The notes under the pieces: model-generated
Database searches by the model: none
The model's input: the letters and a program-made list of their open reading frames with translations, nothing else
What the model was told of the DNA's origin: nothing
Part shown: positions 1 through 11,656 of the stretch, one piece after another
Layout of the letters: each line of letters opens with the position of its first letter
Position numbering within the stretch: position 1 is the stretch's first letter
Made by a program: the position numbers and the translations under genes
DNA from: Candidatus Latescibacterota bacterium
GTDB lineage: Bacteria; Latescibacterota; UBA2968
Direction: 5' to 3'
Assembly (NCBI GenBank): GCA_965208125.1
Contig: OZ242320.1
Coordinates: forward strand, 352,001-416,000
Length of the DNA: 64,000 nt

Positions 1-948
1 AGCATGGCCCTCGGCGTTTACGACGAGGGCAGTGTATTGCGCTATATTTACTTTGGGGTGACATCGGGCCTGTTTCCGCCGCTGATTTTTCTGGGAATTG
101 GCGCAATGACCGATTTTTCGACACTCCTATCCAATCCCAAACTGGTACTATTAGGCGCAGCGGCGCAAATGGGCATATTCCTGACCTTGATCGGTGCGCT
201 CTATCTGGGATTTTCACCATCTGAATCTGGAGCCATCGGAATCATTGGCGGTGCTGATGGACCCACGGCGATTTTCTTATCGGCCAAGTTAGCGCCTCAT
301 CTTTTGGGCGCAATCGCCATCGCCGCGTATTCGTACATGGCACTCGTTCCGGTAATTCAGCCGCCGGTTATGAAGCTATTGACCTCCAGACGCGAGCGCC
401 TGATTCGCATGCCCGAACCGCGCAAACCATCCAAGCGGGAACGCATCATTTTTCCGATCGCTGGCTTCTTGATTGCAACCTTAATAGCACCGGGCGCATT
501 GACCCTGCTGGGCATGTTGTTCTTCGGCAACTTGCTAAAAGAAAGCATGGTCACAGACCGATTGGCAGAGTCCGCACGCACGGCAATGGTCGATATCGTG
601 ACAATCCTGCTCGGTTTCTCTGTGGGCGCCAGCACAGAGGCCCAGACATTCTTGACCTCTGATTCGCTTTTGATTTTTGGCCTGGGCGCGCTATCTTTTG
701 CAGTGGCTACAGCCAGTGGTGTCCTGTTTGCGAAGTTGATGAACGTGTTGACAAAAGAAAAAATCAATCCCCTCGTAGGTGCCGCAGGCGTATCGGCAGT
801 ACCCGATTCTGCGCGCGTCGTGCAGATGGTGGGCCAACAAGAAGACGCACATAATTTCTTATTAATGCACGCTATGGCACCCAATGTGGCTGGCGTGATC
901 GGCTCAGCCGTTGCTGCGGGGATCTTGTGGTCGGTACTGGTTCAGTAG
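1..948 (+). CDS. oadB: Na+-translocating decarboxylase beta subunit (5' truncated by window edge)
   Basis: Highly hydrophobic; motifs IGIIGGADGPTAIF, AIAAYSYMALVP, HAMAPNVAGVIGS; frame open from position 1. Confidence 0.93.
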   Translation, partial: SMALGVYDEGSVLRYIYFGVTSGLFPPLIFLGIGAMTDFSTLLSNPKLVLLGAAAQMGIFLTLIGALYLGFSPSESGAIGIIGGADGPTAIFLSAKLAPHLLGAIAIAAYSYMALVPVIQPPVMKLLTSRRERLIRMPEPRKPSKRERIIFPIAGFLIATLIAPGALTLLGMLFFGNLLKESMVTDRLAESARTAMVDIVTILLGFSVGASTEAQTFLTSDSLLIFGLGALSFAVATASGVLFAKLMNVLTKEKINPLVGAAGVSAVPDSARVVQMVGQQEDAHNFLLMHAMAPNVAGVIGSAVAAGILWSVLVQ

Positions 949-976
949 GCTCTGTATTTGGCGAAGGATTTTAATT

Positions 977-2767
977 ATGGCAAAGAAAAAAGTAATATTT
1001 ATGAATACAGCATTTCGCGATGGCTTCCAGTCCGTTTATGGCGCGCGCGTGTTCACGCCCGACTTTTTACCTGCGATAGAAGCCGCACGCGAAGCGGGAA
1101 TTGATTATTATGAAGCCGGTGGCGGGGCGCGCTTTCAATCCCTGTACTTTTATTGCAACGAAGATGCGTTTGCAATGACCGATGCCTTCCGAGAAACTGC
1201 AGGACCAGAGGCCAATTTACAGACCCTGGCGCGCGGCGTGAATGTAGTCGGATTGGAATCGCAGTCGAGCGACATCATCAAGCTGCACGCCGAATTGTTC
1301 AAAAAACACGGCATCACGACCATTCGCAATTTTGACGCCCTCAACGACGTCAACAATTTGATCTACAGCGGGCAATGCATCGCAGAAGCGGGATTGCACC
1401 ACCAGGTATGCGTGACATTGATGGAATTGCCCCCCGGCTGCACTGGCGCACACGACGCGGATTTTTATGAACAAACACTTCGCGAAATTTTAGATGCCGA
1501 TATTCCATATCACTCGGTGTGTTTCAAAGATGCCTCGGGCACGGCAGTGCCTGCAAAAGTATATGAAACCATTAGACGGGCGCGCCAACTGCTGCCCGAC
1601 GGTACATTTATTCACTTTCACACCCATGAAACGGCCGGAATCAGCGTACAGGCCAATCTGGCTGCACTGGAAGCGGGAGCCGATGCCATTGACCTGTCGC
1701 TGGCACCGTGTTCAGGGGGCACCTGCCAGCCCGATATCCTGGTCATGTGGCACGCGCTTCGCGGCACAAATTACGACCTGGATATCGATATAGAGAAAGT
1801 CCGCGACGCCGAGGAAGTGTTTAAAGAATGCATGGCGGATTACTTTTTGCCACCAGAAGCCACGGCAGTTGAACCCATGATCCCTTGGAGCCCAATGCCG
1901 GGCGGCGCGCTCACGGCCAATACGCAGATGTTGCGCGACAATGGCATCATGGACAAATATCCCGACATGATCAAAGCCATGGGCGACGTAGTCGCACGAG
2001 GTGGTTTTGGCACATCTGTCACACCCGTATCGCAATTCTATTTTCAACAGGCATTTAACAACGTGATGTTTGGCCCGTGGGAAAGAATCGCCGAACCTTA
2101 TGGGCAGATGGTACTCGGCTATTTTGGCAAAACCCCTGTGCCACCCGACCCCGATGTTGTGAAAATCGCGTCAAATCAGTTGGGACTTGAACCCACAGAC
2201 CAGCCGCCTCTGGAACGCAATGATGCCGATTCCGAAAAGGGAAGAGAAGCCGCGAAGAAACTGTTGGACGCCGAGGGAATTGAGGCGACAGATGAGCACG
2301 TCTTTATCGTAGCGACATGCGGCGATAAGGGAATGGATTTTTTAAAGGGCGATGCCGAAATTGGCGTGCGGAAAATCGAAAAGCAGGATGACGCACCCGT
2401 ACCAGTTGCCGACGGCGCAGCAGAATATAAGCTACAGATCAATGGCAAATCTGTGCGCGTACAAATTGACGGCAATATCGCCACCGTAAATGGCACAGCT
2501 TATACAGTGGATATAGAAGATACGGTATCTACACAGGCATCAACACCCGCCAATGCCGAATCCGTAAGCGCGCAAATGCCCGGAAAAGTCATTCGGATTT
2601 TAAAACACGCAGGGGATCAAGTCCAGGCGGGCGAAGCGATCCTCATTCTGGAAGCCATGAAAATGGAAGTCCAGATCACCTCTCCAAATGCGGGCACAGT
2701 CGTCGAAATGCCCGTCAATGTAGGCGATCAAGTATCCAATGGTCAGACGCTTGCGATGGTGGAATAA
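977..2767 (+). CDS. oadA: Oxaloacetate decarboxylase alpha / pyruvate carboxylase B-type carboxyltransferase with C-terminal biotin carrier
   Basis: FRDGFQS, FKDASG, HFHTHET, TPVSQ and biotinylation motif EAMKM; ATG at 977 after AAGGA. Confidence 0.88.
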   Translation: MAKKKVIFMNTAFRDGFQSVYGARVFTPDFLPAIEAAREAGIDYYEAGGGARFQSLYFYCNEDAFAMTDAFRETAGPEANLQTLARGVNVVGLESQSSDIIKLHAELFKKHGITTIRNFDALNDVNNLIYSGQCIAEAGLHHQVCVTLMELPPGCTGAHDADFYEQTLREILDADIPYHSVCFKDASGTAVPAKVYETIRRARQLLPDGTFIHFHTHETAGISVQANLAALEAGADAIDLSLAPCSGGTCQPDILVMWHALRGTNYDLDIDIEKVRDAEEVFKECMADYFLPPEATAVEPMIPWSPMPGGALTANTQMLRDNGIMDKYPDMIKAMGDVVARGGFGTSVTPVSQFYFQQAFNNVMFGPWERIAEPYGQMVLGYFGKTPVPPDPDVVKIASNQLGLEPTDQPPLERNDADSEKGREAAKKLLDAEGIEATDEHVFIVATCGDKGMDFLKGDAEIGVRKIEKQDDAPVPVADGAAEYKLQINGKSVRVQIDGNIATVNGTAYTVDIEDTVSTQASTPANAESVSAQMPGKVIRILKHAGDQVQAGEAILILEAMKMEVQITSPNAGTVVEMPVNVGDQVSNGQTLAMVE

Positions 2768-2770
2768 AAA

Positions 2771-2823
2771 GAAGTATGAAGTGTGAAGTCCGCCCCCAGC
2801 CCTAATTCTTAATTTTTAATTCT
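2771..2823. repeat. Heptamer tandem repeats flanking a CCGCCC core
   Basis: GAAGTAT GAAGTGT GAAGT, then CCGCCCCCAGCCC, then TAATTCT TAATTTT TAATTCT, between convergent oadA and birA. Confidence 0.75.
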
Positions 2824-3566
2824 CAAACCGCCGCGACATCGCCTGCCCAAATCTCACTCACCCGACCGTCTGACCCGCGCAACAAAAGCTGGCCGCAGTC
2901 GCCAAATCCCGCGAGAACGCCCGTTTTCACATCATCGCCTTCGCCAACCGAGACCTCCTCACCGAGATAAACACAGCGATTCTCCCATGCTATGCGGAGA
3001 GTTGAAAAACCCTCGCTTTCCCAGCGATCAATCCACGGAGCAGTGGATGAGAGCACTTGTTCGAGCACTTGTTCGAGACCGTATTCGCGTCCCGTCTCAA
3101 GACGCATAGAAGTGACGGGACGGTCAATAAGAGCCGCGGTCGTCGCATCCATGTTCACGTTGAGACCAATACCAACGACAATTGCCGTGCCATCGGGCTG
3201 TTTTTGGTCGCTGCGCTCGAGAAGCATACCGCAAATTTTGGCGCGATCAATCAAAACATCGTTGGGCCACTTGGTGCGCGTACTTATGCCATAAGTTTTC
3301 AGCGCGTCGGATACGCCCAGAGCAATGGCAATGGGAAGAGAGGTCAGTTGGGAAAACGCGGCTCTTGTAATGAGAAGAAAGGAAAACGTCAGATTCTCAT
3401 TGGCCTGCGCGATCCATTGACGCTGATAACGTCCCCGCCCAGCGGTTTGCTCCCGTGCAGCGATGACAAAGCCAGAGGAAAGCCTCTCACCTTTTGAGAG
3501 ACGCTGAAGAAGGTGCGTATTGGTCGAAGCGATTTGATCGTGCCATTCGGGCTGTAGAAAATTCAT
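2823..3566 (-). CDS. birA: Biotin--protein ligase (no N-terminal HTH)
   Basis: STN, QTAGRGR, KWPNDV, KICGML, GIGLNVN motifs. Confidence 0.95.
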   Translation of the reverse strand: MNFLQPEWHDQIASTNTHLLQRLSKGERLSSGFVIAAREQTAGRGRYQRQWIAQANENLTFSFLLITRAAFSQLTSLPIAIALGVSDALKTYGISTRTKWPNDVLIDRAKICGMLLERSDQKQPDGTAIVVGIGLNVNMDATTAALIDRPVTSMRLETGREYGLEQVLEQVLSSTAPWIDRWESEGFSTLRIAWENRCVYLGEEVSVGEGDDVKTGVLAGFGDCGQLLLRGSDGRVSEIWAGDVAAV

Positions 3567-3640
3567 ATAATAAAACCTGATATCGTATGCTCAAGTCTAT
3601 CTCATAGGACAGAACCCGTATATCTCCTCACCACCGTATC

Positions 3641-3669
3641 TTGACAACAGAATGGAAATACCACATACT
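3641..3669 (+). promoter_or_regulatory. Sigma70-type promoter for the yej operon
   Basis: TTGACA (3641-3646), 17 bp spacer, CATACT (3664-3669). Confidence 0.65.
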
Positions 3670-3674
3670 TCACA

Positions 3675-3710
3675 AGGGCAGACGTAGAGGCGAATCTGTG
3701 AGTCTGCCCT
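3675..3710. repeat. Inverted repeat / degenerate GTAG-type REP in the yejA leader
   Basis: AGGGCAGAC ... GTCTGCCCT perfect 9-bp arms; internal GTAGAGGCGAATCTGTGAGTCTGCCC. Confidence 0.5.
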
Positions 3711-3744
3711 CTTTCTTGAACATTCTAACAACAGGAGCCTGCTC

Positions 3745-5577
3745 ATGAAAACTATTTTATTCGCGCTGGTATTGAGTTTGTTGGTTGTCGCAATGCCATT
3801 GGCAGATCAGCCCAATTACAAAGGGCATGCGATTTCGATGTATGGCGACTTGAAATACGGACCTGACTTCAAGCATTTTGAGTACGCCAACCCCAATGCG
3901 CCCAAGGGCGGTACCGTGAAAATGAGTGCCAGTGGCACCTATGATTCCATGAATCAATTCATCCTAAAAGGTGTGTGGGCTTATGGATTGGGGTTGATCT
4001 ACGATTCATTGACAGAGCGCTCACTGGATGAGCCTTTCTCCGAATACGGTTTGCTCGCAGAGTCGATAGAAGTGCCTCCTGATCGTTCATGGGCACTCTT
4101 CACATTGCGCTCTGACGCGCGATGGCACGACGGCAAACCCATTACCTCGGAAGATGTCGTTTTTACTTTTCAAACGATTCAAACCAAAGGTAGCCCCAGA
4201 TATCGCAATTATTATGCAGATATCAAACAGGTTGAAAAGGTAGGCGAGCACCAGATAAAATTCACATTTGGAGGAAAGGACAATCGGGAATTGCCCCTTA
4301 TTGTCGGGCAAATGGCGATCTTGCCCAAACACTATTGGGAAGGCAAAAATTTTGAAGAAACAACACTGGAACCGCCCCTCGGCAGCGGACCTTACAAAAT
4401 TGAATCATACGATCCCGGGCGTTCGATCACATATCGGCGCGTCGAAAATTATTGGGGCGCGAATTTGCCCTTGAACAAAGGACGTTATAATCCAGACGTC
4501 ATTCACTACGATTATTACAAAGACAGGACCGTAGCAACCGAAGCACAAAAAGGCGGCGAATTTGATTTTACCTTGCAAAACACCTCCAAATCGTGGGCAA
4601 CCGCGTACGATATTCCGGCTGTAGCCGAAGGCAGATTGATAAAGGAATTAATCCCGCACGAAAATGGCACCGGGATGCAGGGATTCTGGTTTAACACGCG
4701 ACGCAGCAAATTTGCCGATCCCAAGGTGCGGCACGCACTGGCTCATGCATTTGATTTTGAGTGGACCAATACCAATCTTTTTTACGGGCAATACGCGCGT
4801 TCAACGAGTTATTTTTCCAACACAGAACTCGCCTCGTCGGGACTGCCCCAGGGGCGGGAACTCGAAATATTAGAAGCATTTCGCGGACAGATACCCGAGG
4901 AAGTATTTACCACAGAATACAAACCACCCACAACAGATGGATCGGGTAACATCCGCCAGAACTTGCGCGTCGGCGCGCGGATGTTGAAAGCAGCCGGTTG
5001 GTCCATAAAAGAAGGGAAACTCATCAACGATGCATCGGGCGAGACAATGATAATTGAATTTTTAATCAACAACTCGCCTGCCTGGGAGCGCATTGTAGGA
5101 CCGTACATTCAAAACCTGGAGCGACTCGGCGTGGAAGCGACAATTAAAATTGTAGATACATCGCAATATCAAAATCGCATTCAAGAATACGATTTTGATG
5201 CTATTGTAAGCCTCAGGGCACAGTCGTTAAGCCCCGGCAACGAACAGCGCTATTACTGGACATCGGCGTCTGCGGATGAATCAGGCACGAGAAATTATGC
5301 GGGCATTAAAGACCCCGTCGTAGATGCGCTGGTAGATCAGTTGATCAACGCACCCGATAGAAAAACCCTGGTGGCGACCACCCGAGCACTGGATCGCGTC
5401 CTCCTGTGGGGTCACTACGTAGTGCCGCACTGGCATATTCGCGCACACCGCGTGGTATATTGGAACAAATTTGGCAAACCCGATATTTCGCCCAAATACC
5501 TGCCGCAACCCGGGCAATATTTCCCCAATACGTGGTGGGTTGATGCTGCAAAAGAAGAGGCCTTAAAGAAAAATTAG
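3745..5577 (+). CDS. yejA: Peptide ABC transporter substrate-binding protein (YejA/HbpA family)
   Basis: Signal peptide; [35 protein letters not shown]; RBS AGGAG. Confidence 0.92.
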   Translation: MKTILFALVLSLLVVAMPLADQPNYKGHAISMYGDLKYGPDFKHFEYANPNAPKGGTVKMSASGTYDSMNQFILKGVWAYGLGLIYDSLTERSLDEPFSEYGLLAESIEVPPDRSWALFTLRSDARWHDGKPITSEDVVFTFQTIQTKGSPRYRNYYADIKQVEKVGEHQIKFTFGGKDNRELPLIVGQMAILPKHYWEGKNFEETTLEPPLGSGPYKIESYDPGRSITYRRVENYWGANLPLNKGRYNPDVIHYDYYKDRTVATEAQKGGEFDFTLQNTSKSWATAYDIPAVAEGRLIKELIPHENGTGMQGFWFNTRRSKFADPKVRHALAHAFDFEWTNTNLFYGQYARSTSYFSNTELASSGLPQGRELEILEAFRGQIPEEVFTTEYKPPTTDGSGNIRQNLRVGARMLKAAGWSIKEGKLINDASGETMIIEFLINNSPAWERIVGPYIQNLERLGVEATIKIVDTSQYQNRIQEYDFDAIVSLRAQSLSPGNEQRYYWTSASADESGTRNYAGIKDPVVDALVDQLINAPDRKTLVATTRALDRVLLWGHYVVPHWHIRAHRVVYWNKFGKPDISPKYLPQPGQYFPNTWWVDAAKEEALKKN

Positions 5578-5582
5578 GTGTC

Positions 5583-6689
5583 ATGGGATCCTATATTTTA
5601 AGACGCTTTTTGCTATTCTTCCCAACGCTACTCGGCGTCATGGTGATCAATTTTCTGATCATTCAAGCCGCGCCTGGCGGACCTGTTGAGCAAGCCATTG
5701 CACAGATACAGGGCCACGATGTGGATGCGTCTGCTCGCGTGGGCGGCGATGGCGGCGAACTATCCTCATCTCAAATCCAGCGACAGCGCAGTGAGGGATC
5801 GACGAGCAAATACCGCGGCGCGCAAGGGCTTGACCCCGAACTGATCGCGGAATTGGAGCGAATGTATGGCTTTGACAAACCGGCTCATGAACGCTTCTAT
5901 CAGATGATGGTGCGCTATTTGCAATTCGACTTTGGCGAGAGCTTTTATCGCGATCAAACCGTCGTCGATATTGTCCTGGACAAAATGCCCGTATCCATTT
6001 CCCTCGGCTTGTGGACGACATTACTCGTTTACCTGATCTCGATTCCACTGGGCGTAACCAAAGCCGTACGCGACGGATCCAAATTTGATATATGGACCTC
6101 GGGCGTAATCGTCATAGGCAATGCCGTGCCGGGATTTATGTTTGCGATCTTCTTAATCGTATTATTTGCAGGTGGCAGTTATTTCGACCTTTTTCCACTG
6201 CGGGGACTGACCTCCCCCGAATGGGACCAGTTTGGCCTATTTCACAAAATCACCGATTATTTCTGGCACCTCGCACTGCCCATCGCCTCCATGGTAATTG
6301 GTGGATTTGCCGGGTTGACCCTCTTGACAAAAAATTCCTTTTTGGACGAAATCAACAAACAATACGTCATGACGGCACGGGCAAAGGGATTGGAAGAGCG
6401 TCACGTATTGTACGGACACGTTTTTCGCAATGCGATGCTCATTGTGATCGCGGGGTTCCCGAGCGCATTTGTCAATATCTTGTTCACGGGTTCACTACTG
6501 ACCGAGATTATCTTTTCGCTCGATGGCCTGGGCCTCCTGGGCTATGAAGCCACAGTCAACCGCGATTACCCGATCATGTTTGCCACGCTTTACTTTTTTA
6601 CCTTGCTGGGATTGGTGATGCAATTGGTAAGTGACTTGACTTATACACTGGTAGATCCGAGGATTGATTTTGAAAGCAGAGAAGTATAG
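5583..6689 (+). CDS. yejB: Peptide ABC transporter permease
   Basis: [31 protein letters not shown] loop, DPRIDFE C-terminus. Confidence 0.95.
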   Translation: MGSYILRRFLLFFPTLLGVMVINFLIIQAAPGGPVEQAIAQIQGHDVDASARVGGDGGELSSSQIQRQRSEGSTSKYRGAQGLDPELIAELERMYGFDKPAHERFYQMMVRYLQFDFGESFYRDQTVVDIVLDKMPVSISLGLWTTLLVYLISIPLGVTKAVRDGSKFDIWTSGVIVIGNAVPGFMFAIFLIVLFAGGSYFDLFPLRGLTSPEWDQFGLFHKITDYFWHLALPIASMVIGGFAGLTLLTKNSFLDEINKQYVMTARAKGLEERHVLYGHVFRNAMLIVIAGFPSAFVNILFTGSLLTEIIFSLDGLGLLGYEATVNRDYPIMFATLYFFTLLGLVMQLVSDLTYTLVDPRIDFESREV

Positions 6690-7770
6690 CACTCGCACCG
6701 AGCGCGAAGATCGATTTTTGGGTTTTCAGATTTCGAGCCTCACGCGCCGACGCCTGGACAATTTTAAGGCAAATCGACGCGGCTATTATAGCCTGTGGAT
6801 TTTTCTCGTCCTGTTCGGATTGAGCTTGCCAGCAGAATTTATCGCCAATGACAAACCCCTTTTAATTCGGCACAAGGGGGTGTTTTATTTTCCGGTATTA
6901 AAAGCCTACCCCGAAACAACTTTTGGCGGCGACTTTGAAACCGAAGCCGAGTACCGCGATCCGTTTGTAAAAGAATTAATTAAACAAGACGGATGGATCA
7001 TCTGGCCTCTGGTGCCGTTTCGATACGATACAATCAACTACGAACTCAAACATCCTGCACCTGCACCGCCTTCTATACAAAACTATCTGGGCACCGATGA
7101 TCAGGCACGCGATGTAACCGCGCGATTAATCTACGGATTTCGGTTGTCGGTCTTATTTGCCCTCGCGCTCACGGCATTCAGTTCTGTAGTAGGCATTGCA
7201 GCCGGCGCAGTACAGGGTTATTTGGGAGGGTGGGTCGATCTCATTTTTCAAAGATTTATCGAAATTTGGGGCGGGTTGCCCACCTTGTTTATCCTCATTA
7301 TTATCGCCAGCATTATTGAGCCAACTTTCTGGACGCTCTTGATCATCATGCTGCTATTCTCCTGGATGCGTCTCGTCGGCGTCGTACGGGCTGAATTTTT
7401 GCGAGCGCGCAATTTTGATTTTGTACGCGCCGCACGCGCTCTGGGTGTCAATGACTTGACAATTATGTGGCGGCACGTTTTGCCCAATGCCATGGTGGCA
7501 ACACTGACCTTTTTGCCCTTTGTACTGGTGGGGGCTGTAACCGTATTGACCTCGCTGGACTTTCTCGGCTTTGGTCTTCCACCACCTTCTCCCTCTCTGG
7601 GAGAATTGCTCAATCAGGGCAAGCGCAATTTGCAGGCCCCCTGGCTGGGCCTATCCGGATTTTTTATTCTGGCAATTATGTTATCACTACTCGTATTTAT
7701 CGGCGAGGCCGTGCGCGATGCATTTGATGTCCGCAAGACCCTGTCGCAAACGGAGGGCAAGAGCGCGTGA
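6664..7770 (+). CDS. yejE: Peptide ABC transporter permease (TTG start, exact position uncertain)
   Basis: [32 protein letters not shown]. Confidence 0.93.
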   Translation: MILKAEKYSTRTEREDRFLGFQISSLTRRRLDNFKANRRGYYSLWIFLVLFGLSLPAEFIANDKPLLIRHKGVFYFPVLKAYPETTFGGDFETEAEYRDPFVKELIKQDGWIIWPLVPFRYDTINYELKHPAPAPPSIQNYLGTDDQARDVTARLIYGFRLSVLFALALTAFSSVVGIAAGAVQGYLGGWVDLIFQRFIEIWGGLPTLFILIIIASIIEPTFWTLLIIMLLFSWMRLVGVVRAEFLRARNFDFVRAARALGVNDLTIMWRHVLPNAMVATLTFLPFVLVGAVTVLTSLDFLGFGLPPPSPSLGELLNQGKRNLQAPWLGLSGFFILAIMLSLLVFIGEAVRDAFDVRKTLSQTEGKSA

Positions 7771-9395
7771 GCTTGCTATACGTTCAAAATTTGGGCGTGC
7801 ATTTTCAACTCGAAGACCAGGTCGTCGAAGCTGTGCGCGGCATATCGTTTCACATTGAAAAAGGAGAAACCGTCGCGCTGGTAGGCGAATCGGGTTCGGG
7901 CAAATCCGTCTCGGCACTTTCCGTAATGCAATTGCTCCCCTATCCACGCGCCTCGCATCCACACGGCAGCGTACAATTTGACGGAGAGGAAATGCTGGGC
8001 GCGCCGCAAGAGCGACTGCAACAACTGCGCGGCGACCGCATTGCGATGATTTTTCAGGAGCCGATGACCTCGCTGAATCCGCTGCATACAATAGAGAAAC
8101 AGATCGGCGAAACCCTGATGTTGCACCGCAAAATGACGCGAGAGCAAGCGCGTGAACACACGATAGACTTATTGCAAAAAGTACACTTGCCCGACCCCGA
8201 AACGCGCCTCAAATCCTATCCCCACCAGCTATCGGGTGGTCAGCGACAGCGCGTGATGATTGCCATGGCCCTGGCCAATGAGCCGGATTTGCTCATTGCC
8301 GATGAGCCTACAACTGCGCTGGATGTGACAATTCAGGCACAAATTTTGAAATTGCTCAAATCGCTTCAAGACGAATTTGGCATGGCGATTTTGCTCATCA
8401 CACACGACCTGACAATCGTGCGACATGTAGCGGATCGCGTCTATGTAATGACACAGGGAAAAATTGTAGAAGAAGGAGACACCGCACGCATCTTCGAGCA
8501 GCCGCAACACATCTATACACAAAAACTTCTGAATGCACAGCCAAAGGGAACAGCAACCGCGCTGAATGGACCGGCACCCATCGTGGTCGCGGCGGATAAT
8601 CTAAAAGTGTGGTTCCCCATTCAGCGGGGATTGTTGCGGCGAACCATCGGGCATATAAAAGCCGTAGATGGCATTTCAGTAACAATTCGCGCCGGGCATA
8701 CCGTCGGCGTTGTCGGCGAGTCCGGATCAGGCAAAACAACATTGGGATTGGCATTGTTGCGATTGCTGAGCAGTCAGGGACCGATTGAGTTTAACGGACA
8801 GGGCATTCAGAACCTGCCGAGCAAAGTACTGCGCCCCTTGAGACGAGAGATGCAAATTGTTTTTCAAGACCCCTTTGGATCCTTAAGTCCGCGCCTATCG
8901 GTCTTTCACATTATAGCCGAGGGATTGCGGGTTCACAACATGGGAGACAGCGATCACAAACGCCGAGACCTCGTAGCAGAAATAATGGATGAAGTAGGGC
9001 TTGAACCCGAAATGATGGACCGGTTTCCACACGAGTTCTCCGGCGGCCAACGGCAGCGCATTGCCATTGCGCGCGCCATGGTATTGCGCCCTCAATTTGT
9101 GGTCCTGGACGAACCCACAAGTGCGCTGGACATGACCGTACAGTCGCAAATTATCGACTTACTTCGGCGCTTGCAAAAAGACCACGACCTGGCCTATTTA
9201 TTTATCAGCCACGACTTGCGGGTCGTGCGCGCACTCGCCAATGAACTCGTCGTAATGAAGGACGGCGTCGTTGTAGAACACGGCGCAACAGAAACCATAT
9301 TTGCAAATCCACAAACGGATTACACGCGAGAACTGATTACAGCGGCATTTGATATCGATGTTGTCGAAGGGGAATCCAATGAATCAACTCGTTAA
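7767..9395 (+). CDS. yejF: Peptide ABC transporter, double ATP-binding domain protein
   Basis: Two Walker A (GESGSGKS, GESGSGKT) and two LSGGQ/FSGGQ signatures; GTGA overlap with yejE. Confidence 0.95.
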   Translation: MSLLYVQNLGVHFQLEDQVVEAVRGISFHIEKGETVALVGESGSGKSVSALSVMQLLPYPRASHPHGSVQFDGEEMLGAPQERLQQLRGDRIAMIFQEPMTSLNPLHTIEKQIGETLMLHRKMTREQAREHTIDLLQKVHLPDPETRLKSYPHQLSGGQRQRVMIAMALANEPDLLIADEPTTALDVTIQAQILKLLKSLQDEFGMAILLITHDLTIVRHVADRVYVMTQGKIVEEGDTARIFEQPQHIYTQKLLNAQPKGTATALNGPAPIVVAADNLKVWFPIQRGLLRRTIGHIKAVDGISVTIRAGHTVGVVGESGSGKTTLGLALLRLLSSQGPIEFNGQGIQNLPSKVLRPLRREMQIVFQDPFGSLSPRLSVFHIIAEGLRVHNMGDSDHKRRDLVAEIMDEVGLEPEMMDRFPHEFSGGQRQRIAIARAMVLRPQFVVLDEPTSALDMTVQSQIIDLLRRLQKDHDLAYLFISHDLRVVRALANELVVMKDGVVVEHGATETIFANPQTDYTRELITAAFDIDVVEGESNESTR

Positions 9396-10350
9396 TCAAA
9401 ACGGTCAAATTATTCCGCTCACTACACTAACAGAGTGGAAAGAAAAGCGCGCGAAAATACTCCGAGCAGCGCAGGAAATCATGGGTCTTTTGCCCGGAGA
9501 TGAAAAGCGATGTCCCCTCGCCGTGGATCTGGTAGAAGAAGTGGATTGCGGGACGTATATAAGGCGGATGATCACTTACGCCGCTGAACCCGGCGACCGC
9601 GCACGGGCGTATCTGCTAATCCCAAAACGGGCTCTGGACGGGCGAGCGTGTCCAGCCGTCTTGTGCCCGCACCCAACGCATGCGACATTGGGATACAAAA
9701 CCGTCGTGGGACTGGGCGACCGCCCCAACCGGGCTTATGCCAGCGAATTGGCCGAGCGAGGCTTTGTCACCATAGCACCGTCCTATCCCATGCTCGCGGA
9801 ATATTGGCCCGATGTATTTGGTCTGGGCTATGAAAGTGGAACTATGAAGGCGATATGGGACAATATCCGGGCGATCGATCTGCTGGAAACACTGCCGTAT
9901 GTAACGCGGGGACCCGTCGGGGCAATCGGACATTCTCTGGGCGGACACAATTCGGTCTATACCGCTGTTTTTGAGCCGCGCATCGGCGTTGTGATATCCA
10001 GTTGTGGACTGGATTCTTACATAGACTACAAAGACGGAAATCTCGCTGGATGGACGCAGGATCGGTACATGCCCAAATTGAAAAATTACGTCCATCGCCT
10101 GTGGGATATTCCCTTCGATTTTCACGACTTAATCGCGGCTCTGGCACCCCGACCCTGTTTTATTGCCGCGCCTTTGCGCGATAGCAATTTCAAATGGCAA
10201 AGTGTAGATGCCATTGTCAACGCAGCCGCTCGCGTGTATGAACTTTATGGAGCAACAGAAAATCTAATCGTCGAACACCCCGATTGCGAGCACGATTTTC
10301 CCAACGCCATGCGCGAACAGGCGTATCAATTATTTGAAAAACACCTTTGA
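9379..10350 (+). CDS. Alpha/beta hydrolase (dienelactone hydrolase / acetylxylan esterase-like)
   Basis: Nucleophile elbow GHSLGG, downstream D and C-terminal HDFP; start set at MNQLV. Confidence 0.8.
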   Translation: MNQLVNQNGQIIPLTTLTEWKEKRAKILRAAQEIMGLLPGDEKRCPLAVDLVEEVDCGTYIRRMITYAAEPGDRARAYLLIPKRALDGRACPAVLCPHPTHATLGYKTVVGLGDRPNRAYASELAERGFVTIAPSYPMLAEYWPDVFGLGYESGTMKAIWDNIRAIDLLETLPYVTRGPVGAIGHSLGGHNSVYTAVFEPRIGVVISSCGLDSYIDYKDGNLAGWTQDRYMPKLKNYVHRLWDIPFDFHDLIAALAPRPCFIAAPLRDSNFKWQSVDAIVNAAARVYELYGATENLIVEHPDCEHDFPNAMREQAYQLFEKHL

Positions 10351-10366
10351 TGACTCGAGAGCCCCC

Positions 10367-11656
10367 ATGCAAAGCAAAGTCGCTGTCCTCCGCACATCGC
10401 CACGTACAGTTTTTGAAGACTATCACTGTCTGCTCAATCTGGCAGATTACCAGAATGTGATTGCCAGAGAAGTGGAAACCGCGCTCAAGATCAACATTTC
10501 ATGGCACTTCTTTTTCCCCGGATGTTCCACAACACCCTGGCAACTCGACGGTGTTATCCGCGCCATGAAACGAGATGGCTACGATCCCGATCTCATTCAC
10601 GGCTGCCATAACCGAACCGTGGTCATCGACGCGCGTTTGGGCGAAAAAGAAAACAAACACCTCCCCGTCATCGAAGCGCACGACTTGAGAAATATACATC
10701 TCTACGAAGGCGAAGAATGGATCAACGTACGCGACGCAGTCGGAGACCTCACCGCAAAATTTCTCTGTCTGAACGAAGTCTATCCCAAAGGCTTTCATAT
10801 TCCCAAACGCTTTCTCGGTGAAAACATCATCCATTTCCCCACCGTCAAAACTCACGTCTTTACCACCACCACTGGCGCCATGAAAAATGCCTTTGGCGGC
10901 CTGCTCAACGAGCGTCGTCACTGGACGCATCCCGTCATTCACGAAACCCTCGTCGATCTGCTCATGATACAAAAGAAAATTCACCGCGGTGTCTTCGCAG
11001 TCATGGACGGCACCTTTGCAGGCGATGGCCCCGGTCCGCGTTGTATGATCCCCCACACCAAAAACGTCATCCTCGCCAGTGCCGACCAGGTCGCCATTGA
11101 CGCAGTCGCCGCCAAAATGATGGGCTTTGATCCGCTTTCAATCAAATACATCCGCATGGCACACGATCTGGGCCTGGGATGCGGAGATCCATCCCAAATC
11201 GAAATTGCGGGTGATCTATGCGCCGCAGAAGAAAATTGGGACTTTGTCGGTCCGTACAAAAAAATGACCTTTGCTTCTAAAATGCAGCACAAGATCTACT
11301 GGGGGAGCCTCAAAAAACCCATCGAATGGTCGCTCAAAACCATCCTCGCACCCTGGGCTTATATAGCTTCAGTGCTCTACCACGACAGTTTCTGGTATCC
11401 TCTCCACGCGAAAAATAAAATGCAAGATGTGCTAAACAGCGACTGGGGCCGCCTGTTCCGCAACTGGGAACACCTCACCCCCAACGCGCAAGGCTTCCCC
11501 GATGTGGGCGACACCTCTTCCAAACTGAAAAAAACGAACCTGCAAGCCTTATGGGATTCGCTCGGCATCTTGCGCGATTGCATTGTCGAAGCCCCCGAAT
11601 TCCTCCACTCGCGCAAAAAAGAAAACACCCTGCACACCCATGACCGAAATCATTAA
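10367..11656 (+). CDS. DUF362 family protein (putative Fe-S protein)
   Basis: LKINISW, PTVKTH-TTTGAMKNAFGG, MDGT-GDGPGP, DQVAIDAV. Confidence 0.8.
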   Translation: MQSKVAVLRTSPRTVFEDYHCLLNLADYQNVIAREVETALKINISWHFFFPGCSTTPWQLDGVIRAMKRDGYDPDLIHGCHNRTVVIDARLGEKENKHLPVIEAHDLRNIHLYEGEEWINVRDAVGDLTAKFLCLNEVYPKGFHIPKRFLGENIIHFPTVKTHVFTTTTGAMKNAFGGLLNERRHWTHPVIHETLVDLLMIQKKIHRGVFAVMDGTFAGDGPGPRCMIPHTKNVILASADQVAIDAVAAKMMGFDPLSIKYIRMAHDLGLGCGDPSQIEIAGDLCAAEENWDFVGPYKKMTFASKMQHKIYWGSLKKPIEWSLKTILAPWAYIASVLYHDSFWYPLHAKNKMQDVLNSDWGRLFRNWEHLTPNAQGFPDVGDTSSKLKKTNLQALWDSLGILRDCIVEAPEFLHSRKKENTLHTHDRNH

